From positions 2,432,001 through 2,496,000 of the forward strand of contig CBDBGH010000003.1 in NCBI GenBank assembly GCA_965205265.1: DNA of 64,000 nucleotides, written 5' to 3'. Both the position numbers and the translations under genes were made by a program. The notes below the pieces were generated by a model. That model ran no database searches. It was not told the origin of the DNA and saw nothing but the letters and a program-made list of their open reading frames with translations. Below, one piece after another: positions 30,027 through 40,618 of the stretch; the stretch's first letter is position 1, and the number at the start of each line of letters is the position of its first letter. The stretch comes from Alphaproteobacteria bacterium (lineage in GTDB: Bacteria > Pseudomonadota > Alphaproteobacteria > Bin95).

Positions 30027-31166
30027 TCAGTCCGTCAGGTCGTCCCAGAGTTCGCGGACGCGGGAGAAGAAGCCTTCGGTCTCGGGGGTCCGGTTCTGGC
30101 CGCCGCCTTCCTTCTCGAATTCGCGCAGCAGCTCCGCCTGGCGGCGCGTGAGGTTGACCGGCGTCTCGACCCGGACCGTCACCAGCATGTCGCCGCGCTG
30201 ACGGGTGTTCAGCACCGTCATGCCCTTGCCGCGCAGCCGGAAGCGGTTTCCTGACTGCGTGCCCGGCGGCAGGTCGATGCGCGCGCGCCGGCCTTCCACG
30301 GTCGGCACTTCGGCCATCCCGCCAAGCGCCGCCGCCGTCATCGACACCGGGACCTCGCAATGGATATGCGGCCCCTCCCGGTCGAATACCGGATGGTCCT
30401 CGACATCGAGGAAGATATAGAGGTCGCCGGGCGGGCCGCCGCGCTCGCCGGCCTCGCCCTCGCCGGCAAGCCGGATGCGGTTGCCGGCCTCGACGCCTGC
30501 GGGAATGGTGACGGTGAGGGTGCGCGTCCGCTGCACCCGGCCCCGGCCCGCACAGTTCCGGCAGGGGTCGCGCACCGTCTCTCCCGTGCCCTGGCAGGCC
30601 GCGCAGGTCCGCTCGACGGTGAAGAAGCCCTGGCTCGCCCTTATCCGCCCGGCGCCGTTGCAGGTCGTGCAGGCGACCGGCGGCGCGCCGCCTTCGGAGC
30701 CGGTGCCGGAACAGGCCTCGCAGGCTGCCGTGCCGGGCACCTCGATGGTCGCCTGCCTGCCCTGGAAGGCTTCCTCCAGCGTGATGCGCATGTTGTAGCG
30801 CATGTCCGCGCCCTGGCGCCGGCCGCCTCGCCCGCGCCGCCTGCCGGCGAGGTCGCCGAACATCTCGTCGAAAATGTCGCCGAAGCTAGAGCCGAAGCCG
30901 AAATCGAAGCCGGGGCTGGCGCCGCCTGCCTGGGCGCGCTGGGTGAACGCCTCATGGCCGACCCGGTCATAGACCTGGCGCTGCTCCGGGTCCTTCAGGA
31001 CATCGTAGGCTTCGTTGATCTCCTTGAAGCGCGCCTCGGCGGCCTCGTCCTCCGGGTTCCGGTCCGGGTGGTATTCCTTCGCCAGCCTGCGATAGGCGCG
31101 CTTCAGGTCGTCCGCGCTCGCCGTCCGGGATGCGCCCAGGACTTCATAGAAGTCTCGCCCGGCCAT
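30027..31166 (-). CDS. dnaJ: Chaperone DnaJ
   Basis: J domain HPD, four CxxCxGxG repeats. Confidence 0.98.
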   Translation of the reverse strand: MAGRDFYEVLGASRTASADDLKRAYRRLAKEYHPDRNPEDEAAEARFKEINEAYDVLKDPEQRQVYDRVGHEAFTQRAQAGGASPGFDFGFGSSFGDIFDEMFGDLAGRRRGRGGRRQGADMRYNMRITLEEAFQGRQATIEVPGTAACEACSGTGSEGGAPPVACTTCNGAGRIRASQGFFTVERTCAACQGTGETVRDPCRNCAGRGRVQRTRTLTVTIPAGVEAGNRIRLAGEGEAGERGGPPGDLYIFLDVEDHPVFDREGPHIHCEVPVSMTAAALGGMAEVPTVEGRRARIDLPPGTQSGNRFRLRGKGMTVLNTRQRGDMLVTVRVETPVNLTRRQAELLREFEKEGGGQNRTPETEGFFSRVRELWDDLTD

Positions 31167-31187
31167 CGGAGCCGCCGCCCGGCCGGA

Positions 31188-33116
31188 TCAGGCCGAGCGC
31201 TTATGCTGGTCGTCGCTGTCGTCCACTTCCTCGAAATCGGCATCGACCACGCCGTCATCGCTTCCGCCCGCGCCGGCGTCCGGGCCGTCCGGACCGCCGC
31301 CCGCCTCCTCCTGCTGCGCGGCGTACATGGCCTCGCCGAGCTTCATCGCGGCGGCGGCAAGCGCGGCGGTCTTTTCCTGGATCCGGGCAGCGTCCTCGCC
31401 GTCCTTGACATCCTTCACCGCCTGGAGCGCCTCGTCGATCGCCGCCCTGTCGTCGGCGCCGATCTTGTCGCCATGCTCCTCGAGTTGCCGTTCTGTCGTG
31501 TGGATCAGGCCCTCGGCCTGGTTGCGCGCCTCGGCGAGTTCGCGGCGGTTGCGGTCTTCTTCCGCATTGGCCTCGGCCTCCTGCACCATCCGGTCGATCT
31601 CGGCGTCGGAAAGCCCGCCGGAGGCCTCAATGCGGATCGCCTGCTCCTTGCCGGTCGCCTTGTCCTTGGCGGACACATTGACGATGCCGTTGGCGTCGAT
31701 GTCGAACGTCACCTCGATCTGCGGCAGGCCGCGCGGCGCGGGCGGAATGCCCACAAGGTCGAACTGGCCGAGCAGCTTGTTGTCCGCCGCCATTTCGCGC
31801 TCGCCCTGCGAGACGCGGATGGTCACCGCATTCTGGTTGTCCTCGGCCGTCGAGAAGGTCTGGCTCTTCTTGGTCGGGATGGTGGTGTTGCGGTCGATCA
31901 GCCGGGTGAACACGCCGCCCAGCGTCTCGATGCCGAGCGACAACGGCGTCACGTCGAGGAGCAGCACGTCCTTTACGTCGCCCCTCAGCACGCCCGCCTG
32001 AATCGCGGCGCCCAGCGCCACCACCTCGTCCGGATTGACGCCGCGATGCGGCTCCCGCCCGAAGAAGGTCTTCACCGTCTCGATCACCTTGGGCATCCGC
32101 GTCATGCCGCCCACCAGCACGACCTCGGAAATGTCGGAGGCGCGCAGACCCGCATCCTCGAGCGCCTTGCGGCAGGGCCCGACGGTGCGCTGGACAAGGT
32201 CGTCCACCAGCGCCTCCAGCTTGGCGCGCGAAAGCTTGATGTTCAGGTGCTTCGGCCCGGACTGGTCAGCCGTGATGAAGGGCAGGTTGATCTCGGTCTG
32301 CGCGGTGGAGCTCAGCTCGATCTTGGCCTTCTCCGCCGCCTCCTTGAGGCGCTGCAGGGCGAGCTTGTCGCCGCGCAGGTCGATTCCCTGCTCCTTGCGG
32401 AACTCTTCGGCCAGATATTCGATGATGCGGTTGTCGAAGTCCTCGCCGCCGAGATGGGTGTCGCCATTGGTGGACTTGACCTCGAAAACGCCGTCGCCGA
32501 TCTCCAGCACGGAAACGTCGAAGGTGCCGCCGCCGAGGTCGTACACGGCGATGACGCCGCCTTCCTTCTTGTCGAGGCCGTAGGCAAGCGCGGCCGCGGT
32601 CGGCTCGTTGACGATGCGCAGCACCTCCAGGCCGGCGATGCGGCCGGCATCCTTGGTCGCCTGGCGCTGGGAATCGTTGAAATAGGCCGGCACGGTAATG
32701 ACCGCGTCGGTCACCGCCTCGCCGAGAAACGCCTCCGCCGTCTCCTTCATCTTCTGGAGGATGAAGGCGCTGATCTGGCTGGGCGCATAGTTCTCCTCGC
32801 CGGCCTTGACCCAGGCGTCGCCATTGTCCGCCCTGACCAGCGCGAAGGGCAGGACGCCCTTCTCCTCCTGGATCACCGGATCCTGGTAGGTGCGGCCGAT
32901 CAGCCGCTTGATGCCGAACAGCGTGTTGGCCGGGTTCGTCACCGCCTGGCGCTTGGCGGGCTGGCCGACCAGGCGTTCGCCGTCCCCGGTCACGGCCACC
33001 ATGGAAGGCGTGGTCCTTGCGCCCTCGGTGTTCTCGATGACCCTGGGTTCGCTGCCGTCCATCACGGCGACGCAGGAATTGGTCGTGCCGAGATCGATTC
33101 CGATAACCTTGCTCAT
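31188..33116 (-). CDS. dnaK: Chaperone DnaK
   Basis: [37 protein letters not shown]. Confidence 0.99.
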   Translation of the reverse strand: MSKVIGIDLGTTNSCVAVMDGSEPRVIENTEGARTTPSMVAVTGDGERLVGQPAKRQAVTNPANTLFGIKRLIGRTYQDPVIQEEKGVLPFALVRADNGDAWVKAGEENYAPSQISAFILQKMKETAEAFLGEAVTDAVITVPAYFNDSQRQATKDAGRIAGLEVLRIVNEPTAAALAYGLDKKEGGVIAVYDLGGGTFDVSVLEIGDGVFEVKSTNGDTHLGGEDFDNRIIEYLAEEFRKEQGIDLRGDKLALQRLKEAAEKAKIELSSTAQTEINLPFITADQSGPKHLNIKLSRAKLEALVDDLVQRTVGPCRKALEDAGLRASDISEVVLVGGMTRMPKVIETVKTFFGREPHRGVNPDEVVALGAAIQAGVLRGDVKDVLLLDVTPLSLGIETLGGVFTRLIDRNTTIPTKKSQTFSTAEDNQNAVTIRVSQGEREMAADNKLLGQFDLVGIPPAPRGLPQIEVTFDIDANGIVNVSAKDKATGKEQAIRIEASGGLSDAEIDRMVQEAEANAEEDRNRRELAEARNQAEGLIHTTERQLEEHGDKIGADDRAAIDEALQAVKDVKDGEDAARIQEKTAALAAAAMKLGEAMYAAQQEEAGGGPDGPDAGAGGSDDGVVDADFEEVDDSDDQHKRSA

Positions 33117-33233
33117 GAAGCCCGTCCCTACCCGTGAGGCGAACCCGGACCGCCTGCCGACGCAGCGCCTGTCCCGGCCCCCTTCGATGACAATGGAAAA
33201 CCGGGCCCGCGCCCGACTTCCCGTTGCGCGGGT

Positions 33234-33262
33234 ATATATGGACGCCCCTTTTGCCCTACAAG
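33234..33262 (-). promoter_or_regulatory. RpoH (sigma32)-type heat-shock promoter of dnaK
   Basis: Minus strand CTTG-N17-CCATATAT, resembling the alphaproteobacterial RpoH consensus. Confidence 0.7.
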
Positions 33263-33314
33263 ACCCGGCCGCCTTGCCCGAGGTGCGGCAAAAAATGCCA
33301 ATTCAGGCGAAAAA

Positions 33315-34139
33315 ATGACAAAGACCGTCGTTTCCGCAAGCTACCGCACGGACATCCCGGCCTTTTACGGCGACTGGTTCGCGCGCCGCCTCGCCGCCGG
33401 ATATGCGCTGGTCCGCAACCCGTGGTCCGGCAGCGCCTACCGGGTGGATCTCGCGCCCGAAGCCGTCGCCGGCTATGTCTTCTGGACCCGCAACCCCGCC
33501 CCCTTCATGCCCGTCCTGGCGGGGCTGGAGCGCCCTTTCGCCGTCCAGTTCACGATCACCGGCTACGGACGCCGGCTCGAGCCCTCGGTGCCCGCCCCCG
33601 AACGCGCCGTCGAGGCCGCCCATGCGCTCGCCGCGCTCTACGGCCCCCGATGCGTGGTCTGGCGCTACGACCCGATCCTGTCGCCGACCCAGGACCATGT
33701 CGAGGCCGCCGGGCGGCTGGCCGAATCGCTGCGGGGCGTCACCGACGAATGCGTCGTCTCCTTCGCATCCTTCTACCGCAAGACGGCCCGCAACCTGGCG
33801 GCGGCCGGCTTCGCCTGGGAGGACCCGGAGCCCGACCGCCGCCTCCGGCTGATCGAAGCGCTGGCGGATGCCGTCTCCCCGCTCCGCCTCACGGTCTGCG
33901 CGCAACCGGAACTGACCGGCGGCGCGGCCGAGCCGGCGCGCTGCATCGACCCCGCCCGGCTCGGCCTGGGCACGCTTCCGGAAAAAGGCAACCGGCCCGG
34001 CTGCGCCTGCGCCGCCAGCCGGGACATCGGCGCCTACGACACCTGCCCGCACGGCTGCCTTTACTGCTACGCCAATGCCTCGCCGCACGCCGCCCGGCGC
34101 CGCTTCAAGGCGCACGACCCCGAAGCCGAAATGCTTTAG
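33315..34139 (+). CDS. DUF1848 family protein
   Basis: SASYRTDIPAFY, FWTRNP, WRYDPI, DIGAYDTCPHGCLYCYA. Confidence 0.9.
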   Translation: MTKTVVSASYRTDIPAFYGDWFARRLAAGYALVRNPWSGSAYRVDLAPEAVAGYVFWTRNPAPFMPVLAGLERPFAVQFTITGYGRRLEPSVPAPERAVEAAHALAALYGPRCVVWRYDPILSPTQDHVEAAGRLAESLRGVTDECVVSFASFYRKTARNLAAAGFAWEDPEPDRRLRLIEALADAVSPLRLTVCAQPELTGGAAEPARCIDPARLGLGTLPEKGNRPGCACAASRDIGAYDTCPHGCLYCYANASPHAARRRFKAHDPEAEML

Positions 34140-34762
34140 CCGACCGCCTTCAGCATGCCCCCGACGGCCGCTTCGAACATGGCCGGGGTCAGCCGCCCGG
34201 TATTGGTGTTGTAGCGCGAACAATGGTAGCTGTCCGCCAGCAGGCGGCCGCAGGCGAGCCGGTGCAGGGCGCCGTGGGCGAACGGCCGGGCGGCGCGTTT
34301 CTCGCCCAGCGCGGCAAGCACCGCATCGTGGGCGACGCGCCCGAGCGCCAGCACCGCACCGCCTTCCGGCAGGTCTTCGAGTTCGCCCGCGAGGAAGGGG
34401 CGGCAGGCGGCCACTTCCGCGCCGACGGGCCTGTTTTGCGGCGGGACGCAGCGCACCGCATTGACGATGCGGCAGCCGGCGGGCGCGAAGCCGTCTTCGG
34501 CATGGCCGCCATAGCACCCCCGCGCCAGGCCGAACTTGAGCAGCGTTGCGAACAGCAGGTCGCCGGCATAGTCGCCGGTAAAGGGCCTGCCGGTCCGGTT
34601 CGCGCCGCGCAGGCCGGGCGCGAGGCCGACGATCAGGACCTTCGCGCCGCGCGGCCCGAATCCCGGCACAGGAGCATTGAACCAGCCGGGCTCCGCTTCC
34701 CGCCAACGATGCCGGAACGCCCGCAGGCGCGGACAGAAGGGACAGTCCGGATCAGGCTCCAT
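34136..34762 (-). CDS. Uracil-DNA glycosylase (family 5-like, Fe-S)
   Basis: CPFCPRL, GLAPGLRGANRTGRPFTGD, NAVRCVPPQN, YHCSRYN. Confidence 0.92.
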   Translation of the reverse strand: MEPDPDCPFCPRLRAFRHRWREAEPGWFNAPVPGFGPRGAKVLIVGLAPGLRGANRTGRPFTGDYAGDLLFATLLKFGLARGCYGGHAEDGFAPAGCRIVNAVRCVPPQNRPVGAEVAACRPFLAGELEDLPEGGAVLALGRVAHDAVLAALGEKRAARPFAHGALHRLACGRLLADSYHCSRYNTNTGRLTPAMFEAAVGGMLKAVG

Positions 34763-35375
34763 ACCGCTCTTCGACACCGTCCTGCGCCCCCTCGAAACGC
34801 AGGCTCTCCCGCTGGGCGCGGCGCATCTGGGCCGCTTCCCGCTCGTCCTCGTCGCGCATGATCGACGGCGCCAGATCGAGCAGGTCCATGAAGAAATCGG
34901 CCTGCCGGCGCAGGTCGTCGGAGACCATGGGCGGCTGGCTCTTCATCGTGCTGACGACGGTCACGCGCACGCCGCGCCGCTGCAGCGCCTCCACGAGGCG
35001 GCGGAAATCGCCGTCGCCGGAGAACAGCACGATATGCTCCAGATGATCGGCCATCTCCATCGCATCGACGGCGAGCTCTATATCCATGTTTCCCTTGATT
35101 TTTCGCCGGCCCATGGCGTCTGTGAACTCGCGCGCCGGCTTGGTGACCATGGTGAAGCCGTTATAGTCGAGCCAGTCCACCAGCGGGCGGATCGGCGAAT
35201 AGTCCTGATCCTCGATCAGCGCCGTGTAATAGAAGGCGCGGATGAGCCGCCCGCGCTTCGAGAAATAGTCGAGCATCCGCTTGTAATCGATATTGATGTT
35301 CAGGCCGCGCGCGGCTGCGTAAAGGTTCGCGCCGTCGATGAAAAGCGCGGTGCGTTCTTCCATATAGGTGCGCAT
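34752..35375 (-). CDS. NYN domain (LabA/DUF88) protein
   Basis: FIDGANLY, KGNMDIELAVD, SGDGDF. Confidence 0.92.
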   Translation of the reverse strand: MRTYMEERTALFIDGANLYAAARGLNINIDYKRMLDYFSKRGRLIRAFYYTALIEDQDYSPIRPLVDWLDYNGFTMVTKPAREFTDAMGRRKIKGNMDIELAVDAMEMADHLEHIVLFSGDGDFRRLVEALQRRGVRVTVVSTMKSQPPMVSDDLRRQADFFMDLLDLAPSIMRDEDEREAAQMRRAQRESLRFEGAQDGVEERYGA

Positions 35376-35461
35376 GGGAAACTCCGAAAACGGCGGCAAT
35401 CCGCTAAAGTGCTGCCGGCAAACTAGGCGAGACGCAGCCGCGCGACAAGAGGCCGCCGGGG

Positions 35462-35956
35462 ATGATTCTGATCGGATTGGGGGCGAACCTGCCGTCGCCG
35501 GAGCACGGGCCGCCGCAGGCGACGCTGGCGGCGGCGCTGGAGGCGCTGGCGGCGCGCGGCGCAAGGGTGTTGCGCCGTTCGCCCTGGTATGAGAGCGCGC
35601 CGGTGCCGCCGAGCGGCCAGCCCTGGTACGTCAACGCCGTGGCGGAGGTGGAAAGCCGGCTCTCCCCGCCGGCGCTGCTCGACGCCCTTCTCGCCGTCGA
35701 GGCGGGTTTCGGCAGGACCCGCGGCGCCCGCAATGCGTCGCGCTCGGTCGATCTCGACCTCCTGGACTATGGCGGCCTGGTGACGGGGCCGGACGAGAAG
35801 CCCGAACTGCCCCATCCCCGCCTGCATGAGCGCGCCTTCGTGCTGCTGCCCTTGCGCGACATCGCGCCCGGCTGGCGCCATCCTGCCTCCGGCCGGACGG
35901 TGGAGGCGCTGATCGAAGCCCTCGGCCGGGCCGGTCCGGTCCGGCGGCTGCCCTAG
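35462..35956 (+). CDS. folK: 2-amino-4-hydroxy-6-hydroxymethyldihydropteridine diphosphokinase
   Basis: [32 protein letters not shown]. Confidence 0.95.
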   Translation: MILIGLGANLPSPEHGPPQATLAAALEALAARGARVLRRSPWYESAPVPPSGQPWYVNAVAEVESRLSPPALLDALLAVEAGFGRTRGARNASRSVDLDLLDYGGLVTGPDEKPELPHPRLHERAFVLLPLRDIAPGWRHPASGRTVEALIEALGRAGPVRRLP

Positions 35957-36125
35957 CCCTTGCGGAAAGGCGTTGCCGCGCCTGCGGCATTGGGTTAGAC
36001 TCGCGCCTTCTCCAGCCCTTGCCCGCCGCCCGGCGGGAGTTTCGGCCCCTTCCCCTCGCGTTCGAATCTTCCGCCTCCCGCGGGCGAGCCGGCTTTCAAC
36101 ATCAACGGATGGACGGTCCGAGGTC

Positions 36126-37427
<1,302 letters not shown>

Positions 37428-37442
37428 CGCCGGGAGGCCGCG

Positions 37443-37787
37443 ATGGAGCCCGGACCGGCCGCAATCCGGGAGGAAGGCGAAAGCCGGACGGAGCGCACGC
37501 TGCTCCGTCTCGCGGACAGCTATATCTGGTGGAAGACGCCGGAAGAGGCCGTCCGCTATCCGGACCGCGTGCTGGCGCAGGTCATGGACATCGGCACGTT
37601 GGAAGACTGCCGCGCCATGAGGGCGGCCTTCGGCGACGAGCGCCTCCGCGGGGTGCTGCACCGCGCCGAGCCCGGCTGGTTCCGCGCGCGGAGCTGGGCT
37701 TTCTGGCAGGCGGCGCTCGGCATCGACGCCGGCCCCCGCCCCGTCCGCCGCAAACTGCCGCCCGCCCCTTGGGAACGCCCGGCATGA
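37443..37787 (+). CDS. Putative antitoxin partner of the AbiEii toxin
   Basis: YIWWK...RVLAQVMDIGT...SWAFW; stop overlaps the start of the nucleotidyltransferase gene. Confidence 0.65.
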   Translation: MEPGPAAIREEGESRTERTLLRLADSYIWWKTPEEAVRYPDRVLAQVMDIGTLEDCRAMRAAFGDERLRGVLHRAEPGWFRARSWAFWQAALGIDAGPRPVRRKLPPAPWERPA

Positions 37788-38431
37788 CGGGCTTTACGCC
37801 GCGCACGGACATCCTGCCGCCGGCACAGGCGGCGCTCTGGCCGGCACTTGCGCCTGTGGCCAGCCTCGGCTTTACGCTTTACGGCGGAACCGCCATCGCG
37901 CTCCGGCTCGGGCACCGGGTATCGGAGGATTTCGACCTCTTCAGCGCCGCGCCGCTCGACAGCGACGCGATCCGCCGGGCCTGCCCCTTCCTGGCAAACA
38001 GGCCGGCGCTGCGCGAAGACGAGGACAGCTTCATCGTCAGGACGGCCGAGGACGTGCTGCTTTCCTTCTTCGGCGGCATCGACAACGGCACGGTCGCGCC
38101 GCCCGATACGGCTCCGGAGAACGGCCTGCCCGTCGCGTCCGCGCTGGACCTGCTGGCGACGAAGCTCAAGACGATCCTGCAGCGGGCCGCCGCCAAGGAT
38201 TATGCGGATATCGCGGCGCTGCTCCGGTCCGGCATCGCGCTGGAACGAGGCCTCGGCGCGGCCCGTGCGCTTTACGGGCCGGGCTACCCGCCCATGGAAT
38301 CGGTGCGCGCGCTCTGCTGGTTCGGCGACGGCGACCTCGGCACGCTTGCCGAGGAGGACCGCGGGCTGCTCGCCGATGCAGCGGCCGCAGCCGCAGGCCG
38401 GCCGGTCCCGGTCGTGCCGCTGCTCCGGTGA
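37784..38431 (+). CDS. AbiEii/AbiGii-family nucleotidyltransferase toxin
   Basis: LYGGTAIALRLGHRVSEDFDLF, KLKTILQR..KDYAD. Confidence 0.88.
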   Translation: MTGFTPRTDILPPAQAALWPALAPVASLGFTLYGGTAIALRLGHRVSEDFDLFSAAPLDSDAIRRACPFLANRPALREDEDSFIVRTAEDVLLSFFGGIDNGTVAPPDTAPENGLPVASALDLLATKLKTILQRAAAKDYADIAALLRSGIALERGLGAARALYGPGYPPMESVRALCWFGDGDLGTLAEEDRGLLADAAAAAAGRPVPVVPLLR

Positions 38432-38762
38432 TTTCCGGGCGGACGGGCGACGGCGTTCGGAATTCGGGATTTATTTCCGCAAAAAGCTTGCAAATTGCCG
38501 GCAGCCGCCCTATGTCCGGCAGCGTGGCAGGAGCCGAACGCGAGAGCATGACCTGGACCTGAGACCGGCGGCGGACCGTCCGCCCCGTGCGATGCTTGCA
38601 ACCCGTAGTGGAGACAACCGCCCGGGCAGCGGACGGGACAGGTGCGGCCGCTCGCATGCTTCCGGGCGGAAAATGTCGAAACGGGTTGGATATGCTTGCA
38701 CAGAGTTGCTCCGGTTTTCGTTTCACCGCCTGACGGAATTGGACGGGTCGCGCGCCGGCAGC

Positions 38763-39173
38763 TCAGGGTATCCGGACAGATTTGCATCGCGGCGGCCGGG
38801 CCGGCGTCCGCCGGGCGGGGCGGCGGCCGCGCCTGCGCTTGAAGCCGTGGCGCTTGAGGAACATGCGCACCGTGCCGTAGCCGAAGACGAGGCCCTGCTC
38901 GCGGAGCGCCGCCCGCAGGGCGTTTATGGGAAGTTCCGGGTCCTCCTCCAACAGGGCGAGGATCGCCCCGCTCGCGGCCTCGATGCGCCAGGAGCGGCGG
39001 TCGCCGCCCGTCTTCCGCGGCCGTGCATCGCCCCGCTCGCGCTCCAGCCGCCGCCAGCGCACGATGGTCGCCACGCCGACATCGAAGGTCTCCGCCGCCT
39101 CCACGAAGGTCATCCCCTCCGCAAGCGACGCAAGCACCCGGCTCCGCAATTCGATGGGCAGCGCTTTCGGCAT
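38763..39173 (-). mobile_element. IS630-family transposase N-terminal HTH remnant (no DDE domain)
   Basis: LRSRVLA..AEG...EAAETFDVGVATIVRW..., GGDRRS, TVRMFLKRHG; no catalytic ORF follows. Confidence 0.75.
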
Positions 39174-39280
39174 CTTCCCCGGACCTCCTTGGCCGGTGGA
39201 CACGAAATAGAACAAATGAGGAATATTGTAAAGACGACTCTGGCCAGACCCCGCAAGAGTTACCGGGCGCAGCGGAGCCC

Positions 39281-39330
39281 TTGACAACAATCTCGTTGCC
39301 AACAATATTGTTGCCAAGAAAATTGTTGGG
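39281..39330 (+). promoter_or_regulatory. 15-bp tandem repeat array / promoter of the NTPase operon
   Basis: TTGACAACAATCTCG TTGCCAACAATATTG TTGCCAAGAAAATTG TTGGG; starts with TTGACA and contains the palindrome CAACAATATTGTTG. Confidence 0.6.
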
Positions 39331-39339
39331 AATTGCGCA

Positions 39340-40618
39340 ATGCTGCAAAAAGGCGGAAGCAACTGGGTCGAGGGAGACCGCTTCTTCGACCGGGAGGTCG
39401 AGCTTGAGATCCTGACGGACCGCATGCGGGACGGAAATCACACCCTGGTGACCGCACAACGGCGCATGGGCAAGACGAGCCTCGTGCGGGAACTGCTGCG
39501 GCGCCTGGCGGAGGGCGGCGAATTCGAGACGGTCTTCGTCGATCTGGAAGCCGTCCTGGACCAGGCCGATACCATGGCCGAAATCACGGTTCGCGCCCGG
39601 CCTGTGAGCGGGGCATGGGGGCGGATCGAAGCCGGTTTCGTCAACATCCTGAAAGAAGTCGGCGGCCGAATCGAGGAACTGTCGGTCTCCGACCTGAAAG
39701 TGAAGCTGCGGGCCGGAATCGATGCCGGCAATTGGCCCCAGCGGGGCGATGCGGTCTTCGCCGCGCTCGCCGACAGCAACCGGCCGGTCGTGCTCGCCAT
39801 CGACGAACTGCCGATTCTCGTCAACCGCCTGCTCAAGGACGACAGCGGGCGAATCACGCCGGAAGGCAGGAAGGAAGCGGATGTGTTTCTGAGCTGGCTG
39901 CGCCGGAACGGGCAGGCCCATCGGGGACAGGTAACCATGATGCTGTCCGGCAGCGTCGGCCTTGAGCCGCTTCTCGAACAGGCTGGGCTGAGCGCCCACG
40001 CCAACATCTTCTCTGCCTACGACCATGAAGCCCTGGGATGAAGAGACCGCGGTATCGTGCCTGTCGGAGCTTGCCGGGAGCTACGAGGTCGGCCTGCCGC
40101 ACGGGATATGCCGGGACATGTGCCGGCGGCTCCGCTGCTGCATTCCCCACCATGTGCAGATGTATTTCGACAAGCTCCACGACCGTCTCAGGCACGCCGG
40201 TCGGCAGGCCGCAACGGAGGAGGATGCGGAAAGGGTCTATCTGCACGAGATGTTGAGCGTCCGGGGCCAGATGGACCTTCAACACTATGAAGACCGGTTG
40301 AGGACGATACTCGGAACGGCAGGCTATCCGGTCGCCATGGAGATACTGACCGCAACCGCTGTCGGCGGCCTTCTGGACGGCGATGCCGTTGGCCGTTACC
40401 GGGCGCATTTCGCGGCCGGGGCCGGGGATATCGAACCGGGCGGTCCGTCGGTCGGGGATGTGCTGCACGTCCTGCTCCATGACGGCTATCCGGAGCCGCA
40501 GGACGGCGGCTACCGGTTCAGGTCGGGTCTTCTCGAGGACTGGTGGCGGAACCGCTGGGGCGGAAGCTTCCGGCCCGTCATCGACGACGGGCGGCGGAGC
40601 GGGGGAGCGGGCCGATGA
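39340..40618 (+). pseudogene. STAND-like P-loop ATPase split by a 1-bp insertion (ORFs 39340-40041 and 40025-40618)
   Basis: FFDREVE, Walker A AQRRMGKTS, Walker B LAIDELP, LSGS, IPHHVQ, LLEDWW; removing A40025 restores ...AYDLKPWDEE. Confidence 0.75.

Noticed and set aside
33117-33314. CIRCE element upstream of dnaK
   Set aside because: No TTAGCACTC-N9-GAGTGCTAA; only an RpoH-type promoter is seen
38432-38762. 330-bp intergenic region as a possible sRNA
   Set aside because: No convincing stems, terminator or recognisable family; may be IS decay
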